Positions 10,238-18,395 of a DNA stretch of 64,000 nucleotides are shown in pieces. Position numbers and translations under genes: made by a program. The stretch is taken from NCBI GenBank assembly GCA_046331095.1, contig JAXLRM010000003.1, positions 596,001 through 660,000 of the forward strand, given 5' to 3'. The notes below the pieces were generated by a model, which worked only from the letters and a program-made list of their open reading frames with translations, did not search any database and had not been told where the DNA came from. How positions within the stretch are numbered: position 1 is the first letter of the stretch; every line of letters starts with the position of its first letter. Source of the DNA: Acidimicrobiia bacterium (lineage in GTDB: Bacteria > Actinomycetota > Acidimicrobiia > UBA2766).

Positions 10238-11577
10238 TGACGAACGCGGATTCGACGGCGATCACGTCCGTGCGGGGACGCGAGGTGTGGGACTCACGCG
10301 GGCGGCCCACGATCGAGGTCGAGGTCGAGCTGGCCGGGGGGGCACGCGGGCGCGCGATCGCCCCGGCGGGCGCGTCTCGCGGCAGGGGCGAGGCGGTCGA
10401 TCTGCGCGACGGGGGCACCCGCTTGGACGGCCTCGGGGTGACCCGCGCCGTCGCGGGTGTCGACGCCGTCTTGGCTCGTGCCCTGCGCTCCCGCGACGCC
10501 GTTGACCAGGAGGGTGTCGACGAGGTGCTCGTCGATGCGGACGGCAGCGACGACCGCTCCCGCCTCGGAGGCAACGCGTTGGTCGCGACGTCGATGGCGG
10601 TCGCGCACGCGGCGGCCGCGGCGGCGGGTGTGCCGTTGTGGCGCTGGATCCGCGACAGAGGCGCGCCGAGCGGCGATCGTATGGAGTTGCCGATGCCCGA
10701 GGTGCAGGTGATCGGAGGCGGGGCCCACGCGAGCCGGCGCGTCGATCTGCAGGACTTCATGGTCGTGCCCGTGGGCGCCGCGACGTTCCGCCAGGCCCTC
10801 GAGTGGGTTGCCGCGTGCCACCGGGCCACTGGCATCGTGCTCGCCGAGGCCGGGGGTGGCGCCCACGGGGTCGCCGACGAGGGCGGTCACTGGCCCGACG
10901 TCGACGGCAACGAGGCGGCCATCGCGGCGCTCACGGCGGGCATCGAGCGTGCCGGGTTCGAACCGGGACGCGACGTGGCGATCGCGCTGGACGTCGCGTC
11001 CTCCGAGTTCGGCCGCGACGGGTGTTACACACTCACTGCCGATGCCGACGCGCTCGACTCGGGCGCTTGGACCCACCGCCTCACCGGCTGGATCGACCGC
11101 TTCCCGGTCGTGTCGGTCGAGGATCCCCTCGCCGAGGACGACCTCGATGCTTTCGCGGCGTTCACTGCCGCGGTCGGCGACCGCGTGCAGGTGGTGGGCG
11201 ACGACCTCACGGTCACGGACGCCGCCCGCGTCGAGACGGCCGCCCGGGTGGGGGCGGCCAACGCGCTCCTCGTGAAGCCGAACCAGGTTGGCACCCTCAC
11301 CGAGGCCAAGGCCGCCTTCGACGCGGCCCGTAAGGCGGGATGGGAGACGATCGTGTCGGCGCGCTCGGGTGAGTCCGAAGACGTCACGATCGTCCACCTC
11401 GCCTTGGGCTGGGGCGCCGACGGTCTCAAGGTCGGCTCGATCGTCCGTGGTGAACGCACCGCGAAGTGGAACGAGATGCTGCGTATCGAGGACCGTCTCG
11501 GACCCGCCGCGACCCTCGCCCGCCCGCGTTTGGGACAGGCCCACACCCAAACCCACACCCAAACGCGGGCAGGATGA
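10234..11577 (+). CDS. eno: Enolase-family protein with atypical active-site residues
   Basis: 447 aa. Motifs: WDSRGRPTIEVEV, ADEGGHWP, LDVASSEF, SVEDPL, VGDDLTVTD, LLVKPNQVG, KVGSIVRGERTAKWNEMLRIED. It deviates at LQDFM (canonical QEFM) and SARSGESED (canonical SHRSGETED). The last 19 codons and the stop lie in repeat cluster 2. Confidence 0.85.
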   Translation: MMTNADSTAITSVRGREVWDSRGRPTIEVEVELAGGARGRAIAPAGASRGRGEAVDLRDGGTRLDGLGVTRAVAGVDAVLARALRSRDAVDQEGVDEVLVDADGSDDRSRLGGNALVATSMAVAHAAAAAAGVPLWRWIRDRGAPSGDRMELPMPEVQVIGGGAHASRRVDLQDFMVVPVGAATFRQALEWVAACHRATGIVLAEAGGGAHGVADEGGHWPDVDGNEAAIAALTAGIERAGFEPGRDVAIALDVASSEFGRDGCYTLTADADALDSGAWTHRLTGWIDRFPVVSVEDPLAEDDLDAFAAFTAAVGDRVQVVGDDLTVTDAARVETAARVGAANALLVKPNQVGTLTEAKAAFDAARKAGWETIVSARSGESEDVTIVHLALGWGADGLKVGSIVRGERTAKWNEMLRIEDRLGPAATLARPRLGQAHTQTHTQTRAG

Positions 11578-11700
11578 CCCGCCAGCGAGACAAACCGCCC
11601 GCGTTTGGGACAGGCCCGCACCCAAACGCGGGCAGGATGACCCGCCAGCGAGACAAACCGCCCGCGTTTGGGACAGGCCCACCCCCAAACGCGGGCAGGA
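11521..11700. repeat. Palindromic intergenic repeat cluster 2 (solo 3-prime arm + 3 tandem units, 63-bp period, loop subfamily B)
   Basis: The unit CCAAACGCGGG-CAGGATGACCCGCCAGCGAGACAAACCG-CCCGCGTTTGG starts at 11559, 11622 and 11685. A lone CCCGCGTTTGG arm sits at about 11524. The cluster lies between the convergent eno and VanW genes. Confidence 0.9.
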
Positions 11701-11715
11701 TGACGTGCCGGCGTC

Positions 11716-13584
11716 CTAGTCGGTGTTGCTCCCGGACTTGCCGCTCGTGCCCGCATCGGCGGAGGGCTTGTCCGGTACGCAGGGCCCGCCGTGTTGGTAC
11801 TCGGTGTCGACGTGTTCCTCTTTCTGGCGCCCGTCGGGCCACGCGATGGTCCGCACGATGTCGACCGTCGTACAGCTCCCACGGTGGCCGAGCTTGGGAT
11901 CGGACTCGGTGACGACCCTGCCGTCGGGAGTGCCCCACATGCTCACGGTCACACTGGTGTCGGTGTAGGACGTCCAGATCACGAGCGGTCCCGGGGTGTC
12001 GTTGGTGAACTTGAGGTCGGGATAGGGGTACCCGAGGGTGGCCTCGCGGCCTTTGGGGTACCGCGTGAAGTACTGGCTGTGCGGCTTGTGCTGGTCGACC
12101 TGGATACCCGCGTAGAACAGGGCGTTGTAGGTCGTCGTCGCCACCTGGCTGATCCCGCCACCGGGGCTGTCCTTGTGCTCGCCGTCCGCGATCGAGGGCG
12201 CCAGCGCCCACCCGTCGCTCTTCTTGCGCGGACCACCGAGAGCCTCGTTCATCGACCACTGCTCGCCCGGCATCACGACGTCGCTGCGGATCGTGTCCGC
12301 CGCCTTGTGGATGTTCTCGACACGCGCCTCACAGCACTTGTGGCGGGTCGTGAACTCGCTCAGCTTCTGGATCGGCCCCATCGCCTTCAGGTCGGTGACC
12401 GTGAGCTTGGGCGGCTTCTCACCGGGTTGCAACGTCACCGCCTTCGCTCCGGAATCGAGAGCCTGCTCGAGCTGCGCCGCGCTGCCGGGCACACAGCAGC
12501 CGAACCCGGGTGTCCCTTCGACGTACCTAATCGTGCCGTCGCTGAGATCGAAGGCCGCGTCCACGGTAGGCGTCCCGACGTTGCCGAAGAGCTTCTGCAT
12601 GCCCTTGCGCAGGCTCGGCTCGTCGATACCGACCCGGTAGCCGTCGTCTCCGGGGATCCCGTTGATCATGTCGTCGACGCCGCCGGCCGCCAGGTCGGCA
12701 GCCGCGAGCCCCTCGAGCTCGACGTGGATGGACCTCCCCCGCAGTCCCTGGGCCGCGTCCGCAGCGGCGCGGGCGTTCTCGGCGGTGAAGCGCGTCGGGA
12801 TGTCGGCGACGGGGAAACGGATCCGCGGGTGGGGATTCCGCTCGACGGCTTCGGTCAGGCGTTGCCGCGCGTCGTCGACGACGATGTCGTGGCCGGTCAC
12901 GGGGTCGTCGAACTGGAACTCACCGTCCTCGACCGAGACCTGCGGCTCGACCGGTTCGATCTTCCCGCCGAACTGGATCGATTCGATCTGCTCGTTCAGG
13001 ACGGCATCATCGATGTGCAGTGGCACGGAGACATCGCGTTCGGTGAACCAGTCCCAGCCCCGCGCGAGCGGCCACCCGGAGCGGCCGACTGCCATCGCAG
13101 CCTCGACGGCGCCGTCCACGTCGACGGAGAAGCCGAACTGGCGCGGGTCGACCTGGATCACGGTGTCCTCGACCGTGACCGGCACGGGAGTCCCCAGGAG
13201 CGAGTCCGAGTAGGCACCGATCGTCGCACGCGCCTCGTCGGGGCTCTTGCCGCCCAGGTCCACCGGGCCCATGCGCACGCCTGCGATCACCCGCTCGCCC
13301 TGCAGCGTCGCGTCTGCGTAGGCAGCCGCCGTGACGAGTACGGCGAAGGATCCGGCGACCACGACTCCACCGAGCAAGGCGCGCCGCAGCGTTGCACCGC
13401 GGCTGCGCCCCGATCCCACCCACGCGGTCCGGCTCGGCCTGTCCCCGCCGGTGGGTGCGCTCGCTGGCACTGCGTCGGCGTCATCACCTGCGCCGGGAGC
13501 GCCGGAATCACCGGGCTCGTGCTGTAGCGACGGCGGGGAGGTGACGACGCTCGTGATCGTGTCGTGCGCGTCGGTCATCGTCAT
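11716..13584 (-). CDS. VanW-family (YoaR-like) membrane-anchored cell-envelope protein
   Basis: 622 aa. N-terminal TM helix (LLGGVVVAGSFAVLVTAAAY). The C-terminal VanW-like core is PGEQWSMNEALGGP...GGGISQVATTTYNALFYAG...HSQYFTRYPKGREATL. Confidence 0.8.
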   Translation of the reverse strand: MTMTDAHDTITSVVTSPPSLQHEPGDSGAPGAGDDADAVPASAPTGGDRPSRTAWVGSGRSRGATLRRALLGGVVVAGSFAVLVTAAAYADATLQGERVIAGVRMGPVDLGGKSPDEARATIGAYSDSLLGTPVPVTVEDTVIQVDPRQFGFSVDVDGAVEAAMAVGRSGWPLARGWDWFTERDVSVPLHIDDAVLNEQIESIQFGGKIEPVEPQVSVEDGEFQFDDPVTGHDIVVDDARQRLTEAVERNPHPRIRFPVADIPTRFTAENARAAADAAQGLRGRSIHVELEGLAAADLAAGGVDDMINGIPGDDGYRVGIDEPSLRKGMQKLFGNVGTPTVDAAFDLSDGTIRYVEGTPGFGCCVPGSAAQLEQALDSGAKAVTLQPGEKPPKLTVTDLKAMGPIQKLSEFTTRHKCCEARVENIHKAADTIRSDVVMPGEQWSMNEALGGPRKKSDGWALAPSIADGEHKDSPGGGISQVATTTYNALFYAGIQVDQHKPHSQYFTRYPKGREATLGYPYPDLKFTNDTPGPLVIWTSYTDTSVTVSMWGTPDGRVVTESDPKLGHRGSCTTVDIVRTIAWPDGRQKEEHVDTEYQHGGPCVPDKPSADAGTSGKSGSNTD

Positions 13585-13713
13585 CCTGCGCGGAGCCGGC
13601 CAGACACGGCGCGCTCCGGACAGCCGATCGAAGCTAACGATCCGGCAGCGGGCCGGGCAAGTTCCGCCGTGCCCGGGCCTGGCCGCCGGCGTCGTTGCGC
13701 CGCGGCGGGGCGG

Positions 13714-14424
13714 TCAGACCGCACCGGGCATCGGTGGTGCGACGAAGGGTTGTCCCGCCCGCGCCGGCTCCCACGGCGGGACGCCCGCAGGCGGGTAGAT
13801 CTCGACGAAGCGGCCCACGTTGGTCTTGTCGATCACGAGCGTGTGGGCGGCCATGTCGCCGACGCGGCGGTGGCCCTTGGAGACGAGGATGACGATCAAC
13901 GCGATCAAGCTGCTGTCGAAGAGGACGCGGAGGGCGTTGCGGATCGCACTCTGGCCCCATGTGATCGGCGCCGCGCCGGTGCTGCCGACGACGCGGAGCC
14001 CGAAGACGAGCTTGCCGGGGCTGCCCTGCAGGGTCCGTTCCGTGACGAAGTAGTAGAGGAACATCACCGTCCACATGACGGCGATCGAGATCAGGTACCG
14101 CGACATGAACTCGCCCGTCATCGCCGGCGGTGGTGCAGCGCGCGAACGCGATGCCCGGTCGACCTGGTCGACGAGGCCGCCGTCGCCGAAGATCGGCTGC
14201 CACATCAGCGCGAAGAAGATCAGGAGCTGGGGCACGATCAGGATGATCGAGTCCACGATCGCAGCGCCGACCCTGCGGCCGACCACGTCGGTCGGATCGA
14301 AGGCTCCGACCCCGCTCTGGGGGCCCCAGTAGGGCGCTGCTCGGGGTTGCCCGGGCACGGTGGGCTGTTGCCAGGTCTCCTGTGACCAAGTCGGCGTGCC
14401 GGCGGGTTCCTGCGCGTCTTCCAT
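13714..14424 (-). CDS. RDD-family integral membrane protein
   Basis: Track ORF 13714..14460 trimmed to the ATG at 14424 (MEDAQEP...), which avoids a 14-nt overlap with uppS. It has a Pro/Gln-rich N-terminus, then an RDD-like core (GRRVGAAIVDSIILIVPQLLIFF) with 3 hydrophobic helices. Confidence 0.65.
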   Translation of the reverse strand: MEDAQEPAGTPTWSQETWQQPTVPGQPRAAPYWGPQSGVGAFDPTDVVGRRVGAAIVDSIILIVPQLLIFFALMWQPIFGDGGLVDQVDRASRSRAAPPPAMTGEFMSRYLISIAVMWTVMFLYYFVTERTLQGSPGKLVFGLRVVGSTGAAPITWGQSAIRNALRVLFDSSLIALIVILVSKGHRRVGDMAAHTLVIDKTNVGRFVEIYPPAGVPPWEPARAGQPFVAPPMPGAV

Positions 14425-14446
14425 CGGCAGCAAGCGTACGCGCGTC

Positions 14447-15211
14447 TCAGTCGATGACACCGCCGTAGCGGCGCTCGCGGTTCTGGTAGCGCGCGACGGC
14501 CTCGTAGAGGTGGCGACGTCGGAAGTCGGGCCAGAGTCGCCGTGGGAACAGGAACTCGGTGTACGCGGACTGCCATAGCAGGAAGTTCGAGATGCGCATC
14601 TCGCCGCTCGAGCGCACGAGAAGGTCCGGGTCGGGCATCTCCGGCACGTACAGGTGACGCGCGATCGTGCGCTCGGAGATCCTCCGCGGGTCGATCTCGC
14701 CGGCGACGGCGAGGGCCGCTATCTCCCGCACGGCGTCCACGATCTCCGCCCGCCCGCCGTAGTTGAACGCGAACGTCAGGTTGAGCCGGCGACACCGGCC
14801 GGTGAGTGCTTCCGACTCCGCGATGGTGTCGACGAGCGCCTTGGGTACGGGCCGCGATCGCCGCCCCATGAACCGGATCCGGATCTCCTTGCGGAGGCAC
14901 TCCTCGCGGCGCCGCAACAGGATGTCGCGGTTGAACCACAGCAGGAACTCGACCTCCTCTTCGGGCCGGTTCCAGTTCTCGGTGGAGAAGACGTAGACCG
15001 TCATCCACTCGATGCCGAGCGCGAGTGCCCCTTCGACGACGTCCCAGAGCGCAGGCTCACCGCGGCGGTGGCCCTCGGTTCGGTGCAGCCCGCGCCGCGC
15101 CGCCCAGCGTCCGTTGCCGTCGAGGATCAGCGCCACGTGACGCGGTATGTCGGCGGCGTCGATGCCGAAACGGCGGCAGATCTCGGCTCGGTCGGGCTCG
15201 GGAGGTGCCAC
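14447..15211 (-). CDS. uppS: Isoprenyl transferase (undecaprenyl-diphosphate synthase family)
   Basis: 254 aa. HVALILDGNGRWA, FSTENWNRP, RTSGEMRISNFLLWQSAYTE-like segment, C-terminal ERRYGG. Confidence 0.95.
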   Translation of the reverse strand: MAPPEPDRAEICRRFGIDAADIPRHVALILDGNGRWAARRGLHRTEGHRRGEPALWDVVEGALALGIEWMTVYVFSTENWNRPEEEVEFLLWFNRDILLRRREECLRKEIRIRFMGRRSRPVPKALVDTIAESEALTGRCRRLNLTFAFNYGGRAEIVDAVREIAALAVAGEIDPRRISERTIARHLYVPEMPDPDLLVRSSGEMRISNFLLWQSAYTEFLFPRRLWPDFRRRHLYEAVARYQNRERRYGGVID

Positions 15212-15226
15212 TGCTGGTTCCGTGAG

Positions 15227-15949
15227 TCAGGTCGCAGCGAGGCTGCGCAAGCGGCGGTCGAGATGGTACTCGGCAGCCCGCGCGACGATCCCGTCGACCT
15301 CGCCTGCGTGGACGTCGACGATCGCGTCGAGCGGGGTGCGCCACAGGTCCTGGAGGAGTCGGACCGATTCCGGGGCGAGCCCGACGTCGGAGGGGCTGCG
15401 ACAACTCGAGCACAGCACTCCCCCGGCGTCGATGCCGAACGCGGACAGGCCGTCCTCACCCCCACACGCCATGCAGTTTCGCAGTCCCGGGGCGAACCCG
15501 CTCACGCCGAGCAGCTTCAGCAGGAACGCCGACCGCAGGACGTGGGGCACCTCCGTACCCGCACGCACGTGGCCGGCGAGGGCGCGCCAGCCTGCCAGCA
15601 GGAGCCGCAAGAGACGTGGGTTCGACTCCGAGTCCGGCGCCACGACGTCGGTTGCCTCGCACATGAGCTGGGCCGCGGCGTAGGCGTCGTAATCGTGGCG
15701 CAGGTCGGCGTACGACGCGACGATCTCGGCCTGGGACACGGTCTGGAGCTCGCCGCGCCCCTCCCACAACATGAGGTCGACGTGTCCGAAGGGATCGAGG
15801 CGGGCGCCGAAGCGGCTCTTGGTCTTGCGGACGCCCTTGACCACGGCCCGCACCTTGCCGTGGTCGTGGGTGAGGATCGTCACGATGCGGTCGGCCTCGC
15901 CGAGGCGCATCGTGCGCATCACCGCACCGTGGTCCTTGTACAGCCCCAT
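15227..15949 (-). CDS. recO: DNA repair protein RecO
   Basis: 240 aa. The N-terminal OB-fold signature LGEADRIVTILTHDHGKVRAVVKGVRKTKSRFGARLDPF and the zinc motif CMACGG...CSSC. Synteny with era and uppS. Confidence 0.9.
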   Translation of the reverse strand: MGLYKDHGAVMRTMRLGEADRIVTILTHDHGKVRAVVKGVRKTKSRFGARLDPFGHVDLMLWEGRGELQTVSQAEIVASYADLRHDYDAYAAAQLMCEATDVVAPDSESNPRLLRLLLAGWRALAGHVRAGTEVPHVLRSAFLLKLLGVSGFAPGLRNCMACGGEDGLSAFGIDAGGVLCSSCRSPSDVGLAPESVRLLQDLWRTPLDAIVDVHAGEVDGIVARAAEYHLDRRLRSLAAT

Positions 15950-15956
15950 CGGGCGA

Positions 15957-15974
15957 AACTACACCGGTGTAGTT
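15957..15974. promoter_or_regulatory. 18-bp perfect palindrome AACTACACCGGTGTAGTT directly upstream of recO
   Basis: Read directly from the sequence. It is perfectly self-complementary, lies 8-25 nt upstream of the recO ATG, and no obvious SD is present. Its function (operator or RNA hairpin) is unknown. Confidence 0.3.
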
Positions 15975-15996
15975 GACAGGCTCGCGAACGAAGAGC

Positions 15997-16029
15997 GGCA
16001 GCCGGGCCGCAGGCGGCGACCCGGCTGCC
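15997..16029 (-). terminator. Putative terminator hairpin downstream of secreted-protein gene
   Basis: GGCAGCCGGG (15997-16006) pairs with CCCGGCTGCC (16020-16029), with a 13-nt loop, 33 nt past the stop at 16062. Only a weak T-rich tail follows on the minus strand. Confidence 0.45.
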
Positions 16030-16061
16030 TCCCATCGGCTCAGATGGCGACTACCGCCGCA

Positions 16062-17699
16062 TCATGTCGGGCAGGTGGGCTCGGTCGAGCTCTGCAACTC
16101 CACGTAGCGGGCATTCACGTGGGCCGACGTCGTGTTGCCGTTCAGCAGTCCGTAGTTGGTGGCCGTCCACGTCTTGGCGCAACGGTCGTTGTTGCGTACG
16201 GTGAAGTAGTCGCCGTATCGACCGTCGCTGCGGTTGTGCGTAGCGGTTGCCGTGATCGTCAGGGGGCTGAAAGAGACACCCGACGATGACGAGTCGTCGA
16301 CTCCGACGTCACCATGGGCTGCGGTTCCGCCACCGCCTGCCTTGCCCCCCGTCGCGATCGACAGGGCGAGCTCGCCGTCGCTGTTCGCACCGATGACGGG
16401 GAAGCCGAAGCAGAAGCCCTGGTTGAAGATCACCGGCTGGGAGAGGACGGTGAGGGTGGAAGTCGACAGTTGTGCGCCCCGTACGTATGCCTGGGTGAAC
16501 GACCCGTTGGGTGAGGACGGCCAGAAGAACGAGAGCTGACCACCGCCGGTTGCGCCTCTGAGCCGGAATCCCGTGATGCTGAAGGCCGTGGCCCGCTCGA
16601 TGAAGTCGAAGTTGCCGGTGCCGCCACGGCAGTCCGGGTTGTTGAAGGCGCTCGCCGACACCGTGCGCGTGGTCTGGGACACCGAGGTGGTCGCCTCCGG
16701 CCAACTGAAGATCCGCAAGGTCGTCGAGTCGTCGAGCTGTCCCCAGAACATCGTCGTCGTCGCGCCTTCGACAGGGACCCAGACACGCTGGCTTCCGGTG
16801 CTCTGGTTGAACGTGCGCGTGGAAGCGGTCGTGCAGGCGGCGAGCTGGGAGGCGGTGATCCGCATCATGCGTGCTCCCGCCCAGGTGCTGCCGTTCGTCA
16901 TCAGGTTCATGGACAGGTAGAGGAACGTGCCGCCGACGGCGATGTGGGGGTAGTCGGGAAGGATGTTGTTGGCTGTTCCTCCTGGGTCGATGTCGTAGCT
17001 GCAGTCGACTCCCGCCGTCCTGGCGTTGCGGACGTTGATGCGCACCACGCCGTTCGTCTGGGCGGAGTTCGTGTAGAGGACCGTGGTGAACGTCGTGTCG
17101 AGCCCGGGGTGGTGGACGGCGTCCAGATCGCAGCACGCGCTGGGGGCGTCCGACGGGCCTGCCGGGATCGACTCGGCCGTCCACGTGGACCCGCTGTTGG
17201 TGGACTGCGACAGGTAGGTGTTCCCCCCGTAGACCACGTCACGGCTGTCGTTCGCCGCCGAGGGCTCGGCCAGCGTCGAGCTCACCGCCTGCGCTGTCGT
17301 GTTCCGGAAGTTCTTCGTCACCGACAGCGACTCGCTCGCGGCCGTGCGTTCCCCCGTCGGCGCGTTGGCCGGCCTCACATCCGCTGCGGCCTCCGATGCC
17401 GAGTACCCGTGGGTACGGGCGTTCTGGTCGGTTGCATCGCGGTTCGCCGAGTGCCGCTCCGCCAGCGCGGCACGTTGCTCGGGACTGGTCGGGTCGGGTC
17501 TGGAAGTGTCGGCTGCCGCGTTCGGGGCCACGGTGCCCGCAGCCGTGGCCGGTGCTGCGGCTGCCGCTTGGGCGGCGTCCGCTGCAGGCGCGGCTGCCGC
17601 CGCTGTGACCGTGAGGCTGGACAACGCCGGGATGGCTATGCATGCCGCTGCGACAGCGACGAATCCGCGACTGAGCGCGCTTCTACCTCGTGTCCTCAT
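16062..17699 (-). CDS. Secreted hypothetical protein with BNR/Asp-box-like motifs (possible beta-propeller)
   Basis: Track ORF 16062..18299 trimmed to the ATG at 17699 (MRTRGRSALSRGFVAVAAACIAIPALSSL, signal-peptide-like), preceded by GGGAGG. Asp-box-like STNSGSTW and NGSTW motifs are present. The upstream 200 codons of the track ORF run antisense through phhB and the repeat cluster. Confidence 0.6.
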   Translation of the reverse strand: MRTRGRSALSRGFVAVAAACIAIPALSSLTVTAAAAAPAADAAQAAAAAPATAAGTVAPNAAADTSRPDPTSPEQRAALAERHSANRDATDQNARTHGYSASEAAADVRPANAPTGERTAASESLSVTKNFRNTTAQAVSSTLAEPSAANDSRDVVYGGNTYLSQSTNSGSTWTAESIPAGPSDAPSACCDLDAVHHPGLDTTFTTVLYTNSAQTNGVVRINVRNARTAGVDCSYDIDPGGTANNILPDYPHIAVGGTFLYLSMNLMTNGSTWAGARMMRITASQLAACTTASTRTFNQSTGSQRVWVPVEGATTTMFWGQLDDSTTLRIFSWPEATTSVSQTTRTVSASAFNNPDCRGGTGNFDFIERATAFSITGFRLRGATGGGQLSFFWPSSPNGSFTQAYVRGAQLSTSTLTVLSQPVIFNQGFCFGFPVIGANSDGELALSIATGGKAGGGGTAAHGDVGVDDSSSSGVSFSPLTITATATHNRSDGRYGDYFTVRNNDRCAKTWTATNYGLLNGNTTSAHVNARYVELQSSTEPTCPT

Positions 17700-17762
17700 C
17701 GTCGCCCTCCCGTTCTCCTCGAGCCCACTGTTCGGGCCGTTCCGGGCCACAGAAGCAGCAAC

Positions 17763-17781
17763 CGGTAAAGCATCGGTAAAG
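17763..17781. promoter_or_regulatory. Direct repeat CGGTAAAG x2 (11-bp spacing) in divergent promoter region
   Basis: CGGTAAAG occurs at 17763-17770 and 17774-17781. This is an unusually A/T-rich doublet in the 204-bp divergent intergenic region between the secreted-protein gene and phhB. Confidence 0.2.
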
Positions 17782-17903
17782 ACGTGCGCTACGCCGGTCT
17801 GGATCGGCGGCCGAGCATGCTGACCTTGCCGGTGCCCGCGTAGCAGTCGCGGCCGATGCCGGGCAGGATTGCCACGGAGATGCACGCTGCCCGGGAGGTT
17901 GCC

Positions 17904-18179
17904 ATGACGCTGCTCGAGGACGACGAGATCGCGGGACGGCTCGAGTCCGTGAAGTGGTCCCGCGACGGTGACGAGATCGTCAAGGTCGTGACCCGCAAGG
18001 ACTTCGCCGGCGCGCTCGAGCTCGTGAACGCTGTCGGCGCCCTCGCCGAGGAGATGGGCCATCACCCCGACATCGACATCCGCTGGAACAAGGTCACGCT
18101 GCGCCTGTCCACCCACTCCCAGGGTGGTCTGACCGACGCCGACTTCCGCCTCGCGTCCCTCGTCGACGGTCTCGCCTGA
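17904..18179 (+). CDS. phhB: 4a-hydroxytetrahydrobiopterin (pterin-4a-carbinolamine) dehydratase
   Basis: Track ORF trimmed to the ATG at 17904, preceded by GGGAGG. The PCD signature is FAGALELVNAVGALAEEMGHHPDIDIRWNKVTLRLSTH. Confidence 0.85.
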   Translation: MTLLEDDEIAGRLESVKWSRDGDEIVKVVTRKDFAGALELVNAVGALAEEMGHHPDIDIRWNKVTLRLSTHSQGGLTDADFRLASLVDGLA

Positions 18180-18194
18180 CCTGACCTGACGGCC

Positions 18195-18390
18195 CCCCAC
18201 CCCAAACGCGGGCCGGATGACCCGCTGACGACACAAACCACCCGCGTTTGCAGGGGGCCCCACCCCAAACGCGGGCCGGATGACCCGCTGACGACACAAG
18301 CCACCCGCGTTTGGGGGTCAGGGGGGCCCCACCCCAAACGCGGGCCGGATGACCCGCTGACGACACAAGCCACCCGCGTTTGGGGGTTTT
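18195..18390. repeat. Palindromic intergenic repeat cluster 3 (3 tandem units, 63/69-bp spacing, loop subfamily B)
   Basis: The unit CCAAACGCGGG-CCGGATGACCCGCTGACGACACAA(A/G)CCA-CCCGCGTTTG(C/G) starts at 18202, 18265 and 18334. It lies between the convergent phhB and era genes. Confidence 0.9.
18332..18390 (+). terminator. Last repeat unit acting as candidate intrinsic terminator for phhB
   Basis: About 13 bp of GC-rich stem (18332-18344 pairing with 18373-18385) followed by G-TTTT (18386-18390). This is the only unit in the window followed by a T-run. Confidence 0.5.
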
Positions 18391-18395
18391 GAGGG

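Noticed and set aside
10234-11577. Atypical enolase as a pseudogene
   Set aside because: The reading frame is intact over the full length, with all metal ligands and lysines conserved. The deviations are point substitutions, not frameshifts or truncations.
13585-13713. Riboswitch (for example the ydaO/c-di-AMP class) in the leader of the VanW-family gene
   Set aside because: The region is GC-rich with several short stems (for example CGGAGC...GCTCCG), but I could not match any riboswitch consensus by eye. A covariance-model scan (Rfam/Infernal) would be needed.
16062-18299. 745-aa version of the secreted-protein ORF, and the 49694..51154 version of the integrase ORF
   Set aside because: The N-terminal extensions run through repeat cluster 3 (antisense to phhB) and through attR (the tRNA fragment) respectively. 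Internal ATGs with SD sequences (17699 and 50845) give proteins that begin with a signal peptide and a typical integrase N-terminus.
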